A stretch of 64,000 bases of DNA from a virus (taxonomy: Duplodnaviria > Caudoviricetes). Shown one piece after another: positions 1 through 10,149 of this stretch (positions are counted from its first letter, which is position 1; the number at the start of each line of letters is the position of its first letter). The position numbers and the translations under genes are program-made. The notes beneath the pieces are model-generated. The model ran no database searches. It had not been told where the DNA came from and was given only the letters and a program-made list of their open reading frames with translations. The stretch covers positions 101,770 to 165,769 of IMG/VR virus record IMGVR_UViG_3300031867_000006. One strand, written 5' to 3'.

Positions 1-49
1 CGGCTTGTTTCAATACTTTAGTCGATGGCATATTTATACACCCCCTTTG

Positions 50-475
50 CTATATAAGTGCATGTAACACTGCTATTATAATGATCTGTAATAGATGATA
101 TAGCTGATCCTCTGCAAGGTTTATTGTTTTCATATTAGCTTTAGAGTTGTCTATAGATGCGTGTAAAAATGCATTGAATATTATAGTCAAACACAGTAGG
201 TTAAAATTGAAATTGCTCTTATGCCAGTGATAAATAATAATCGGAATGTGTACGCTAAAACTCCATTCAAACCCATGGCAAATAAGAGCAGCTATATAAT
301 CATACTTATATTTATCAGAATATTCTTTCTGATTCTTCCACCAAGACTTCTGCTTCATTTTAGCAAGAACATCTTGCAAGACATAGTCATCTATTATATG
401 ACAATAAATCATACACAGTATCATAAATAATAGAACGCCGAATTTTAACTGAAACATATTTATATCCTCATGCAT
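50..475 (-). CDS. DUF3307-like membrane protein
   Basis: Hydrophobic segments with HxxDDYVLQ, HASID and DQLYH motifs. Confidence 0.6.
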   Translation of the reverse strand: MHEDINMFQLKFGVLLFMILCMIYCHIIDDYVLQDVLAKMKQKSWWKNQKEYSDKYKYDYIAALICHGFEWSFSVHIPIIIYHWHKSNFNFNLLCLTIIFNAFLHASIDNSKANMKTINLAEDQLYHLLQIIIIAVLHALI

Positions 476-518
476 ATTATGCTAGGCTGACCTATGAAGA
501 TCAGCCCAGTCATAAGTA

Positions 519-2246
519 TTATCCCTCGTTGTCTCTAATATCTGCAGTGTAAATATTATGCATTGGCGTCTGTACAAGATACTGATTGCTGGTAAACATA
601 AGGATCAGAATCTTATTGATTGTCTCCAGAATAGCCACATCTGACTTAATGGAAGACTTAACCTTACCATCGCAATCATTAGTCCTGATATTTAGTGGGC
701 ACTTCTTCTTAATCATAAGATCAATAAGCTTATCAAGCTCATCCTTATCTGTAATATTATACAGAATAGAGATAAGCTCAGTATATGCCTTAAGCAGAAT
801 ATTAATAATATTCACGCAGCTGTTATCAAGATCTTTAGATTCGCTAAGCTCTTTAAGAGCCCGCAGAGCCATGAAGTTAGCTCCGTAACCAACGCCTTCC
901 TTAGCAGCAGATCTACAGTTAAATACAGCATCTTCTACTGAAGCCTTGAGATTATTCCTGTCGGAGATAGTTACTCCGCCGACCATAAAGTCAATCATAT
1001 TACCCTTGAAGCTATTAAGACGACGCTTAGTATTCTGAATCTCATTGGTACCCTCAGCACCATCAATAGCCTTCTGTACTCTGCTTTCAAGCCAGTTTAC
1101 CATAGCTTTATAATCATCAGAATACTCACCATTCTCATCAAACATATTTCCAGGTTTAACGAACTTGGTCTTATAATCATCAGCTGTTACAGCCTCAGCA
1201 GTACCGCAGAAATCAGTAATTGTCTCCATTGTAGGTGCTAAGCCCTTCTCCTGATCCTGTTCCTGGAGATCGAGATTGAGATACTTCTTAATGAATTTGG
1301 CGCCGCACATCTTTGCGATATCATCATACATATAATCCTCTGTAATATCTGATACAATAATAAGAGGAATGTTAGCACCCGGCTGCTTACACAGATTGAT
1401 TACATTATCGAAGTAGCTCTGTGTGTCAGGAGAGATCTGATGGCACATAATGACTGTCGGTACATACTCATACTCGCTTCTGGGATCGACTGCACGGATG
1501 ATATTATCATTGATGATCTTCATTACAAAATTTGTCATCTCAGGCGTATCGATAGCATCTTTAAAGCAGTATACTCTGGCATTGGGCACTGTCTTATTGA
1601 ATGCAGAATCTGCAGCCCCTGTCTCGATAGTCATACCATCATACTCTTTAATGATATTCTGTACTTCTGGAGATTCAAGAACATCAATGAATACATCTAA
1701 ACCGTACTTCTCATATACATTCTTGATAGTCTGTGAGATCTCCACATTGTTATTAGTAGAGATCAGCGCAATATCATAGATATCATCAAGAGTACAATCC
1801 CACTTATAGGAGTAGATCTTATCCTTAATGATTTCGAATGTCTTATTAAAGATATTAACAACATCCGAAGGCGCCCAACTCTTCATAACTTCATTATTGC
1901 AAAGTACATCAAACAGAGTCTTGCAAAGAATAACAGCAGATGTGGTTCCATCGCCGACTTCCTTAACAATATGAAGAGTAAGATCTCTAAGCAGATCCTG
2001 TACAGAACGCTCGATAGGGTTAGCAAATAAAATATTGCTTACTATAGTATGACCGTCCTTTGTATATTCGATAACAATATTAGCCTCATTAGGGTCCATA
2101 TTCTTAACGAACGCTGTTGTAGATCCCTTAGGTCCAAAAGATTTCTTTACTGCATCAGAAATTATAGTGAGAGTTCTCTGCTGAACGTCTCTAACTATCT
2201 CCTCTGGAACAATATTAGAGTAAATTTTAGTCACCATTTGTTTCAT
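519..2246 (-). CDS. Phage GroEL-like chaperonin
   Basis: FGPKG, TKDGHT, VGDGTTS and EDAVFNCRSAAKEGVGYG chaperonin motifs; 575 aa. Confidence 0.92.
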   Translation of the reverse strand: MKQMVTKIYSNIVPEEIVRDVQQRTLTIISDAVKKSFGPKGSTTAFVKNMDPNEANIVIEYTKDGHTIVSNILFANPIERSVQDLLRDLTLHIVKEVGDGTTSAVILCKTLFDVLCNNEVMKSWAPSDVVNIFNKTFEIIKDKIYSYKWDCTLDDIYDIALISTNNNVEISQTIKNVYEKYGLDVFIDVLESPEVQNIIKEYDGMTIETGAADSAFNKTVPNARVYCFKDAIDTPEMTNFVMKIINDNIIRAVDPRSEYEYVPTVIMCHQISPDTQSYFDNVINLCKQPGANIPLIIVSDITEDYMYDDIAKMCGAKFIKKYLNLDLQEQDQEKGLAPTMETITDFCGTAEAVTADDYKTKFVKPGNMFDENGEYSDDYKAMVNWLESRVQKAIDGAEGTNEIQNTKRRLNSFKGNMIDFMVGGVTISDRNNLKASVEDAVFNCRSAAKEGVGYGANFMALRALKELSESKDLDNSCVNIINILLKAYTELISILYNITDKDELDKLIDLMIKKKCPLNIRTNDCDGKVKSSIKSDVAILETINKILILMFTSNQYLVQTPMHNIYTADIRDNEG

Positions 2247-2892
2247 CCTCCTGCGGTGGTATATATTTGATATCAGTATACAGATCCATCATATGAATTA
2301 GGTTTACATCCCCATAGAGTTGTCCTAAGGAGAGATTGACACATGGAAGTCCTGGCTCCATATTATATTGAGCATTGGCTATATAGATATGCTTACCTTC
2401 AATATTATTATATAGAGCTACATAACTGAAATACTTCTCCCAAAAGACCGTATAGTCTTTTAGCTTAACTTCATTTCTTGGTATTGTTATCGTCTTAATT
2501 CTATCGTTTAATTTGGAAATAAACTTAGATTGTAGTTCTGAATCGCATCTGGCTATAATATCTACACTAGATGCATTATTTAGAAATGTAATTAATAAGG
2601 GAAAAGTATCATAAACTTTAGCATAACCCAATAGATCTTCCATTTTGGTCTCTAATATCTCATTATAGAGATCAACTAACCCATTAGGATCTTCATTAGG
2701 TATGAAGACCTCTAATGGATTAATGTGTTGCCTTGATAGAAGCTGTAATTTGACATTGTGTTCATCTTCTTGAGATAGAAACGCTCTGTCTACATAATCA
2801 GAGTTATAGAAATTGTCTCTAAAATACTGAAACATGGCGTAATCTAAATCAACAAGCATATCAAAGTTTGCCAAGATTACATTGTCTTTCAT
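2227..2892 (-). CDS. Hypothetical protein
   Basis: 221-aa ORF overlapping the chaperonin start; no recognised motif. Confidence 0.75.
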   Translation of the reverse strand: MKDNVILANFDMLVDLDYAMFQYFRDNFYNSDYVDRAFLSQEDEHNVKLQLLSRQHINPLEVFIPNEDPNGLVDLYNEILETKMEDLLGYAKVYDTFPLLITFLNNASSVDIIARCDSELQSKFISKLNDRIKTITIPRNEVKLKDYTVFWEKYFSYVALYNNIEGKHIYIANAQYNMEPGLPCVNLSLGQLYGDVNLIHMMDLYTDIKYIPPQEDETNGD

Positions 2893-2894
2893 AT

Positions 2895-3698
2895 TTAGCT
2901 CAATCCCATGGAATTAGCAATATCTGCAAATGTGGAGGTCTCATAATCTTCAGGCACATTATTCATTCCGCCTGATGAATTGCCACCTCCGCCATTGTTG
3001 TTATTAAGGAATGTCCTGCTATTATAACCACCGCCGTTCTGATTATAAGCTCCTGAATTATTAACAACAACTGCACCGATTTTATCAGCAATAGCCTTGA
3101 TCATTCTATACTGACCATCTCTCTTATACATAGAAGCTTCCATTACTGTAGCCGCAAGTGCATAAGATGAAGCCTTCCAGTACTCATCCAGAGTCATAAG
3201 GAATGTATCAAACTCCATATTATCGAACTGCTTGGTAGAGAACTTGCCGTTCTTATAGTCATATGCAGCCTGGTAGAAGTCAGCCTTTGTCTGGTATACA
3301 ATCTCTTCCACATTGCCGCTATTATCAGTTGTAAGGATGCTGAAGCAGGGCGTATCTGATCCAAACTCTGTACCATTTGAAATCTTAAGAAGACCATTCT
3401 TAAGCTCAATACAAACATTCATCATCTTACCACCATCACGCATCTCAACCATAAGATCATGCAGCATCTTAGCCTTTGTATTACTTACATAAACTACGGT
3501 CTGGTGATCGTTATCGAACGTACTTATATCACCATTCTGACCAATCTTCTTAGCGATACTGATCTTCATGAGCTTATTAAAATAGCTCACTGTAAACCTG
3601 GTTGCGTCAACGACGCTATCACCGTGACTGAAGTTAATTGCTGAAAAAGTGTTGTTGCTTGGGCCATTGTCCACATTATTGCGATTTCCGAAACTCAT
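2895..3698 (-). CDS. Putative ssDNA-binding protein
   Basis: Beta-rich N-terminus and Gly/Asn-rich low-complexity tail; function inferred from architecture only. Confidence 0.4.
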   Translation of the reverse strand: MSFGNRNNVDNGPSNNTFSAINFSHGDSVVDATRFTVSYFNKLMKISIAKKIGQNGDISTFDNDHQTVVYVSNTKAKMLHDLMVEMRDGGKMMNVCIELKNGLLKISNGTEFGSDTPCFSILTTDNSGNVEEIVYQTKADFYQAAYDYKNGKFSTKQFDNMEFDTFLMTLDEYWKASSYALAATVMEASMYKRDGQYRMIKAIADKIGAVVVNNSGAYNQNGGGYNSRTFLNNNNGGGGNSSGGMNNVPEDYETSTFADIANSMGLS

Positions 3699-3865
3699 TG
3701 CTAAATCTCCTCTCTTAGATATAAATTTGTTATTCCAGCGATTTATGCGTTTATTCTTGGCGCTGTTACTTAGATGTATATATAATAGTAAAAATATACA
3801 ACATTATAATTCCCCTCTAGACCGAAGCCTAGAGGGTAAAGAAGGGAAACAAAATAAACGACACC

Positions 3866-5014
3866 TTATTCAGGGTAAATCACGTTAATATAAGATGAGT
3901 ACCTATCATGGACCTTCTTATCTTTAGCAGCCTTCTGACGGATTTCATATAACTGCTGAAGAATGTTGTAGATCTCCTGACGTTCAACCTCATCGGTAAC
4001 CTCTGAGAGATAATCTGTAAGTATAGCAACGTCTGTATTAACGGCACGGATAACAAAGAAAAGATCATCTTGAGATTCTGCACATCTTAATCTGAGGTTA
4101 AGCTCATAGATATCATTCTTTACAGAATTGATACCTTTAACTTTAAAGGTATGGATTTTCTTGCTGAATCTATCCTTAACGTTATCAAATACATTAGCCT
4201 CATGAATATCATTAATATTATTCATGAGATCAAGCGCATACCTAATGTCTTTCTTCTCAAGCTCAGAGCCTGTCATAGCGATGGCTTTATTCAATGTATG
4301 TATAGCAGGGATTCTCTTTGTATGGAACTCCTTATTGAGTCTGAGCACCCATGAGAGAGTCAGCAGTCTGTTGTCGACAGTCTTATTGATATATACATTA
4401 TTACGCATAATCTTCTTCATTGCAGACTCTAAGTAAGGTCCATAACCAAGACTAGCAACAAAGCTATCTGCTATAATCTCATCATCCTTAGAGATCTTGG
4501 AGAATACAGAACCAACCTTCATAATGGAGTCTTTCATAGCATAAGCAATGAGCTCCTTATATGATCTTGTAGCATTCAATCCGATAGCATCATCAGTCTG
4601 GCTGAAATAATAATTGACTGCATTGCGAACTTCATCTATAGTATTAAGATCATATACAATATGGCCTATCTCATGAAGCAATATAGCCATAAGCTCCTTC
4701 TCATCAAGAGCAAGCATAGGATCAAACAGCTTACTATCGAACTCAATATAATAACTCTCAACAGGCTTAGTATCCTTATCACCAAGCATCTCAAGAGCCT
4801 CATCCCCCGTAAGGTTAGGGTAAACTCTCATACCGAAAAACATCTTATCTGTATTAAGTGTATAAATAACACCCTTGCAATTTGCAGCCTTAAATATCTT
4901 ATTTATATCATTTGCAAGCCCCTTGAGATCACTAGTGGAATGTCTCTCATCTAAAGCAAACAGTCTCTTCTCTACGGAAGCAAATATTGTAGAACTATTG
5001 TTTATCTTCTGCAT
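3866..5014 (-). CDS. Zincin-like (HExxH) protein, probably virion-associated
   Basis: LLHEIGH...E(IIAD) motif; downstream of late-type motif at 5171-5182. Confidence 0.55.
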   Translation of the reverse strand: MQKINNSSTIFASVEKRLFALDERHSTSDLKGLANDINKIFKAANCKGVIYTLNTDKMFFGMRVYPNLTGDEALEMLGDKDTKPVESYYIEFDSKLFDPMLALDEKELMAILLHEIGHIVYDLNTIDEVRNAVNYYFSQTDDAIGLNATRSYKELIAYAMKDSIMKVGSVFSKISKDDEIIADSFVASLGYGPYLESAMKKIMRNNVYINKTVDNRLLTLSWVLRLNKEFHTKRIPAIHTLNKAIAMTGSELEKKDIRYALDLMNNINDIHEANVFDNVKDRFSKKIHTFKVKGINSVKNDIYELNLRLRCAESQDDLFFVIRAVNTDVAILTDYLSEVTDEVERQEIYNILQQLYEIRQKAAKDKKVHDRYSSYINVIYPE

Positions 5015-5254
5015 TGCTATTATCCTCCTTAGATTCTTTATTAAACTCCTTAGGCGGTAAGTTTACACCCTTCTCTTTATCATAAGTTTTGAATACAGAA
5101 TTCAAATCATTCATTGGATGTAGAACGCCTACTCCAGATATATTCATAGGATACACCTCCATATTTCAATTACTTAGATGTTTTCAACAAAAAATAAAAT
5201 AGAGGTGCCCAAACGGACACCTCATAAATATGAATAACTTATCTCCCCAGATAG

Positions 5255-5527
5255 TTAATCAACTCTGTTAAGCGTAACGAGATAAACTTCCTCATTACCA
5301 CCTTTATTAGCAAAGTATTCTTTAACGCCTTCCAGATAATTGTTTGCAATCTCTTTAGATGCAAACAGCTTTATATACGGAAGATCAATAAAGTTGTCTT
5401 CCTTACATGCTACAATATCACGCACTTCTACCTTAGATGGTATATTATTTAACTTAGTAAATATTGTATTAATATAATAGTTATCTTTACCATCATTAAA
5501 TCCGATGGCATATAATTCAAGCTTCAT
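5255..5527 (-). CDS. Small protein, distant member of the 7.8-11.8 kb paralog family
   Basis: LYAI..NDG..YY and KLFASKEIA pattern. Confidence 0.55.
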   Translation of the reverse strand: MKLELYAIGFNDGKDNYYINTIFTKLNNIPSKVEVRDIVACKEDNFIDLPYIKLFASKEIANNYLEGVKEYFANKGGNEEVYLVTLNRVD

Positions 5528-5529
5528 AA

Positions 5530-6129
5530 TTACCTCCCTACGAGTGCTGTGATGTTGTTAAACAGATCATTTTCGAGAGCCTCTGTATAATTGTCACTTC
5601 CATTCTTAGCCAGAAGCTCAGCGAGCTCTGCTGCTGTACTTGCAATTTCCTTTGCTGTCTTGATTTTCTCTTCAACTGTCATGGTTCTTTCCTCCTTATT
5701 ATTGAAATGATTTGCTACATCTTCATATATATTATTACTATCTTTGAACCTACTCATAAATAAACCTATTGGCGGTCTTTTTGCTTTAATAGCATAATCA
5801 AGAATGCTATTAGGTTCTATCTTGCCTACAACACTTTTACTACCATATCTACCAGTGATCTTCTTAGGTGGGTTATTATCTTTGCTGAAAGAGATTTTAT
5901 ACTCTTTCTCTGTCTCTTCAATATTATAAGAATTAGCCACTTTAATAATAAGCACCTGCCCATTTGAAAATTCTATCTTTGTAGCAAGGTTATTTGCCAT
6001 ACTTTCATTGATAACAACAGGCTGAGTAAATTCTTCATCTATATCAAGATGATTATTAAATTCTTTAAATGTATCACCAGTTTCAGAAGACTGTACTAGA
6101 AATCCAGTTGTAGTCTTTATATCACCCAT
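5530..6129 (-). CDS. Hypothetical protein with a short RNAP-beta-like motif
   Basis: 199-aa ORF containing KITGRYGSKSVVGKI. Confidence 0.6.
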   Translation of the reverse strand: MGDIKTTTGFLVQSSETGDTFKEFNNHLDIDEEFTQPVVINESMANNLATKIEFSNGQVLIIKVANSYNIEETEKEYKISFSKDNNPPKKITGRYGSKSVVGKIEPNSILDYAIKAKRPPIGLFMSRFKDSNNIYEDVANHFNNKEERTMTVEEKIKTAKEIASTAAELAELLAKNGSDNYTEALENDLFNNITALVGR

Positions 6130-6132
6130 AGA

Positions 6133-7071
6133 TCATACCTCCCCTCCAGTACTTATCACAACACCATAACTGGATAACTTGGTTACAAGCTCATCGAGTG
6201 ATATTTTGCCCATATTACGTATTTTGCTAAGCTGTTCTATAGACACATTTTCGAAATCTGCTATCGTTCTATACCCAGCATGCCTAATGCGATTATATGT
6301 CCTTACAGATAAATCTAATTCCTCTATAGGGCATTCTTTTTTATTGCCAATAATAGCATTTGCTTGAGCAATACATTGTTTGAGATCTTTCTCTGATTTC
6401 ATTTTGATGGCATCATCAAATGCATTTTTTAAGAAAGCAATTTTTTCTTTATGATATTCACGATACTCCTCTTGCTTCTGAATATTCTCCTGCTTAGCAC
6501 GATCTATATCAGCAATAACATCAACGCCGTATTTAAGAATATCACTGCATTTAGGGTGTCTTAATTTTCTAAGAACACGCCGTTCTATTTGACGTGGTCT
6601 CTCACGGGTAATATTGTATTTTTCTGCAATCTGTCCGAACGACCAGCCATCTTCAAAATATAATTTTATTATATCTCGCTCCATTTCAGAGAATGTATTA
6701 AGTACATAATCTACAGACTCCTCTATATTTGGCGGAATATTATTATAGTTATACTCACCAAATACTTCACAGAAAAGCTTCTCCTGCCAGCAGTAATCAG
6801 CCCATCTCTGTCTCCAATACTCTCTATATACCCTTAGATCTTTTTCTTTATCAGGAGGCATATCGATAGGCTTATAATCAAATCCCAGTTTCTTTTCGAA
6901 GATAATTCTTCTAAAGAACATACGATCGATATTATACTTATCGCATACTGAAGTCTCTGTAGCTCCAGATTTAATTTCCTCACATGCTGCTATACAGCGT
7001 TTAAACATCTCTATATTCGCATCAAGCAATTCTATTTTGTCTTGCGACTGTGTATATTTTTCTTTTGACAT
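6133..7071 (-). CDS. Sigma-70 region 4 HTH fused to RNAP alpha C-terminal domain
   Basis: FSEMERDIIKLYF...IAEKYNITRERPRQIERRVLRKLRHP (sigma4) and IEELDLSVRTYNRI...LSKIRNMGKISLDEL (alphaCTD). Confidence 0.85.
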   Translation of the reverse strand: MSKEKYTQSQDKIELLDANIEMFKRCIAACEEIKSGATETSVCDKYNIDRMFFRRIIFEKKLGFDYKPIDMPPDKEKDLRVYREYWRQRWADYCWQEKLFCEVFGEYNYNNIPPNIEESVDYVLNTFSEMERDIIKLYFEDGWSFGQIAEKYNITRERPRQIERRVLRKLRHPKCSDILKYGVDVIADIDRAKQENIQKQEEYREYHKEKIAFLKNAFDDAIKMKSEKDLKQCIAQANAIIGNKKECPIEELDLSVRTYNRIRHAGYRTIADFENVSIEQLSKIRNMGKISLDELVTKLSSYGVVISTGGEV

Positions 7072-7079
7072 ATTTCCAC

Positions 7080-7904
7080 CTACACCTCCCCAACGGCAGC
7101 TCTGTATTTATCAGGCATGCCTTTAATAAGACCACACTTATCACATCTGAATTCCTTACATTTGCGATCGATCTCTTCAGGACTATCAAATACTGTAGCT
7201 CCAATGCTAGGACACAAATAAGATTCACCTAAGTGGATGCTTCCATCAGGCATTATAGCTGGTGTACAAAATTTACCAGCCATGCGAAGCTGCAGAATCG
7301 CAATGCCAAGATTACTACTCCTTGTAGCCGATCTTATATTGAAGCACTTTGGAGCCTTACTATTAATTGGTTCAGAATGGTTTTCTTTAGCCCGACCCTG
7401 CAAATACAATGACTCAATATGAGTACATACGGTCACATCTTTCCTTTTAAATATACCCCGATCAAGATTAATCTTTGTGGGATAATATCTATCATCGCTT
7501 GTTACTTGCCACATATACAATGCATTCGGATTATTATTGGAAAGCTCATCCATAAACTTAGTATAAGTCTTTGGATCTTTAGCCATATTGTAACCATTTG
7601 TGGCTATGGTTACGCTAAAGAATGCACCAAGATTCTTATAATGATGCATACATAAATCAAAGAATCTCATTAATTCAAAGAACTCCGGATGCTCAGTCGG
7701 CTCACCGCCAGCCAAAATGATAAACCTATCAGTTGTCATCATGGTGAATTTGATAGCCTCTTTTAAAACATCCTTACTCATATGATCTGTACCCGTGGGT
7801 ATTGAATTATTCATACAATGATTACAACCCATAGAGCACTTGTTAGTTAGATGAATTAACATCTTTAGTTGTCTCCTTTCTATATATCTTTTTAGTAACT
7901 CCAT
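7080..7904 (-). CDS. Radical SAM protein
   Basis: CSMGCNHC (CxxxCxxC), GGEPT, TNG and Cys-rich C-terminus; true start probably at MLIHLT. Confidence 0.9.
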   Translation of the reverse strand: MELLKRYIERRQLKMLIHLTNKCSMGCNHCMNNSIPTGTDHMSKDVLKEAIKFTMMTTDRFIILAGGEPTEHPEFFELMRFFDLCMHHYKNLGAFFSVTIATNGYNMAKDPKTYTKFMDELSNNNPNALYMWQVTSDDRYYPTKINLDRGIFKRKDVTVCTHIESLYLQGRAKENHSEPINSKAPKCFNIRSATRSSNLGIAILQLRMAGKFCTPAIMPDGSIHLGESYLCPSIGATVFDSPEEIDRKCKEFRCDKCGLIKGMPDKYRAAVGEV

Positions 7905-8199
7905 TTTCTATAATAGCTCTAGTTATTATTTCTTCTACCTTAACTACATCCACATTTAGTATATCTTTATTTTGGATATGCTCTCCAACAAGATATATAT
8001 TTTTATGCATAATTTCTTTAGCTGCATTGACTGCTGATTCCATATATTTATAAGTGCCAGCATCATTTTTTGTTTTGGTGAACATAAATCTTGTTGAACC
8101 ATCATCCAATGTAGTGGCTCCAAAATAGTATATAGTATCCTTCCAAAGCCTAGGATTTTTAGAAGCAATATCCATTCTGATTATATATCTATCTGCCAT
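7843..8199 (-). CDS. Paralog-family small protein
   Basis: YIIR..YYFG...DAGTYKYMESAVNAA pattern; GGAGG RBS. Confidence 0.75.
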   Translation of the reverse strand: MADRYIIRMDIASKNPRLWKDTIYYFGATTLDDGSTRFMFTKTKNDAGTYKYMESAVNAAKEIMHKNIYLVGEHIQNKDILNVDVVKVEEIITRAIIENGVTKKIYRKETTKDVNSSN

Positions 8200-8208
8200 A
8201 TTGCCTCC

Positions 8209-8574
8209 TTACAGTGCTTTAATTGGCTTGGTTTTGATTGATGGACCATCTATACCTATATATTCTCCCGCTCTAGGAAACATCTCATCAGACCCATCAG
8301 ATATTCTGGTTACTACAGGCTTCATATCCACACGAACTTTGCGAATCCAGCACTGAGATATTGGGTTAATGAATGATATATTTAAAATATACTTATCATT
8401 ATTTAATAGCATATCTATTATAGGTTTTGCTTTCTCCTTACTATACATAACTTCAGCATCATCCTGACGATGGGTGGTTATTAAGTTTACTCTATGATTG
8501 TCTGTTTTCTTTAATGCACAGAAATATTCTTTATAACCATCCATATGAACGATTTCTATAATATAACCTATCAT
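8209..8574 (-). CDS. Paralog-family small protein
   Basis: GYIIEI..DGYKEYF...DDAEVMYSKEKA. Confidence 0.75.
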   Translation of the reverse strand: MIGYIIEIVHMDGYKEYFCALKKTDNHRVNLITTHRQDDAEVMYSKEKAKPIIDMLLNNDKYILNISFINPISQCWIRKVRVDMKPVVTRISDGSDEMFPRAGEYIGIDGPSIKTKPIKAL

Positions 8575-8921
8575 AATGCTTCCTCGCCATTATTAACCCT
8601 TACATTATAGCTCTGCTGATTGAAGTTGCTTATGATATGATCCACAGAAACCTCAGTAATGGTTCTAGTAATTACAGCGCAAACGATAGCGTTTACTACA
8701 GGAACTAACTCGCCATTATCACCTAAGGTTAATTCAAGATGATCAGCCATTATATTTCTAGCAACCATGTTAGCAATTTCTACATCTTTAAAGACGTAAG
8801 CGTCATTTGGGCTACCAAAAAAGATGGGTTTTACAGCACTACCAAAATACTGCTTAAAATACAGCTCTAACCCATTAGCGAGCTGTACTTTTATAATGCA
8901 ATCTATATCATTCTGATTCAT
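8571..8921 (-). CDS. Paralog-family small protein
   Basis: IIKVQLANGLELYF...NDAYVFKDVEIA. Confidence 0.75.
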   Translation of the reverse strand: MNQNDIDCIIKVQLANGLELYFKQYFGSAVKPIFFGSPNDAYVFKDVEIANMVARNIMADHLELTLGDNGELVPVVNAIVCAVITRTITEVSVDHIISNFNQQSYNVRVNNGEEAL

Positions 8922-9307
8922 TAAGCATTGCCCTCCCTTTCTGAGGCGTGAGGAATATGCTGCGCTTTCACAATTTTTACTTCACGCTTTATTATTTCCA
9001 TAACCTTAACAATTTCATATGATAATTCATCCTGTTTACCATAAAATGATTCGCCACCCAAAGTACAATTCTCATTTTTAATTAATCTGGCGACAATCTC
9101 ATTAGCAAAGTTACGCGCAATTTCTTTAGATTGATATAATGCTGCTACATTAATATTTTTTGATACTGCATGTTTGGTAACATCAAATCTAACTTCCAGC
9201 CCAGCATAATAATATACATTATTATCATAAGTAAAAGTAAACTGTATAGCATATCCAGTATTACAACTACCGGTTGGTGAATTTATTTTGCCTATCTTAT
9301 TAAACAT
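8921..9307 (-). CDS. Paralog-family small protein
   Basis: GYAIQF..YYYAG...AALYQSKEIA. Confidence 0.75.
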   Translation of the reverse strand: MFNKIGKINSPTGSCNTGYAIQFTFTYDNNVYYYAGLEVRFDVTKHAVSKNINVAALYQSKEIARNFANEIVARLIKNENCTLGGESFYGKQDELSYEIVKVMEIIKREVKIVKAQHIPHASEREGNA

Positions 9308-9318
9308 ATTTAATCACC

Positions 9319-9636
9319 TCACTTAATACTACTGAGTTTGTAGGGATTTATGGAAGGGAACAGGCGTCTGTCACCATCATCGATAACCACATTTCTGTCG
9401 GGTTTATACTTACCGACAATTTTAGTATACCCGCCACGCTGCATTAGAACTGTACCATCTTCTTTAATGACAATAGAAGCTCCATTAGGAACCTCTCGAA
9501 TGTCAATGTTCCCATCGGGATATGTAAGCCGTATATGCAACTGCTTCATCATAGACTGTGCTGCAGAGACGTTTGAGTTTATTGCTATAAACTCCTTATT
9601 ACTTATGTATCCCCATTCCATAATTGGCATTTCCAT
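9319..9636 (-). CDS. Hypothetical protein
   Basis: ORF with GGAGG RBS in a tightly packed operon. Confidence 0.7.
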   Translation of the reverse strand: MEMPIMEWGYISNKEFIAINSNVSAAQSMMKQLHIRLTYPDGNIDIREVPNGASIVIKEDGTVLMQRGGYTKIVGKYKPDRNVVIDDGDRRLFPSINPYKLSSIK

Positions 9637-9648
9637 AACTAACCTCCC

Positions 9649-10047
9649 TTATACTCTCTTTCCAGCAGATAATCTATCCCAATGCTTAGCCAAGAAGTTA
9701 AATACCCCAGGCCAATGGAATAATGCTGTCTTAAGCACCAGATTATCACATATAGTGAAGTCTGCGCCTTCTTTACTTAGCATTTGGTATGCTGGAACTT
9801 TATCTAACCGCCACATTTTAACAACCCTTATTTTGGTTGCATAATAGAGCACTCCATCAGGATTCTCTTCGAAGCCTTCAAGTGGTTCTACCTCTAATAT
9901 CCAAGATCCATCATTGATGTATCTGAAGATATCTTTAGCCAAAACAAATGATATTCTGCAACCTTCAAGCGCAGTGATATCACCCACGAAATACTTTTTC
10001 GCCTTCGTGTCAAACTTAGTACTGTCAATGATTTTGAAATATTTCAT
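9649..10047 (-). CDS. Hypothetical protein, possible degenerate ankyrin-like C-terminus
   Basis: AGGAGG RBS; LSKEGADFTICDNLVLKTA is weakly ankyrin-like. Confidence 0.6.
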   Translation of the reverse strand: MKYFKIIDSTKFDTKAKKYFVGDITALEGCRISFVLAKDIFRYINDGSWILEVEPLEGFEENPDGVLYYATKIRVVKMWRLDKVPAYQMLSKEGADFTICDNLVLKTALFHWPGVFNFLAKHWDRLSAGKRV

Positions 10048-10092
10048 TACAAAACCTCCTTATAAATTTTAATTGTTTGTACGTTACATAAT

Positions 10093-10106
10093 TATATTAT
10101 ACAATT
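10093..10106 (-). promoter_or_regulatory. Phage promoter motif class 1, AATTGTATAWTATA (one of about 10 copies)
   Basis: Copies or one-mismatch variants at 10093, 11879, 19566, 22301, 25470, 30109, 40084, 48361, 59674 and 63251, all upstream of minus-strand non-structural genes. Confidence 0.75.
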
Positions 10107-10149
10107 AAAAAAATAAACGAGGCGCCACACATGGACGCCTCTGTATTAT

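Noticed and set aside
1949-1956. Additional CATCGCCG copy
   Set aside because: Lies within the chaperonin VGDG codons and has no cassette context
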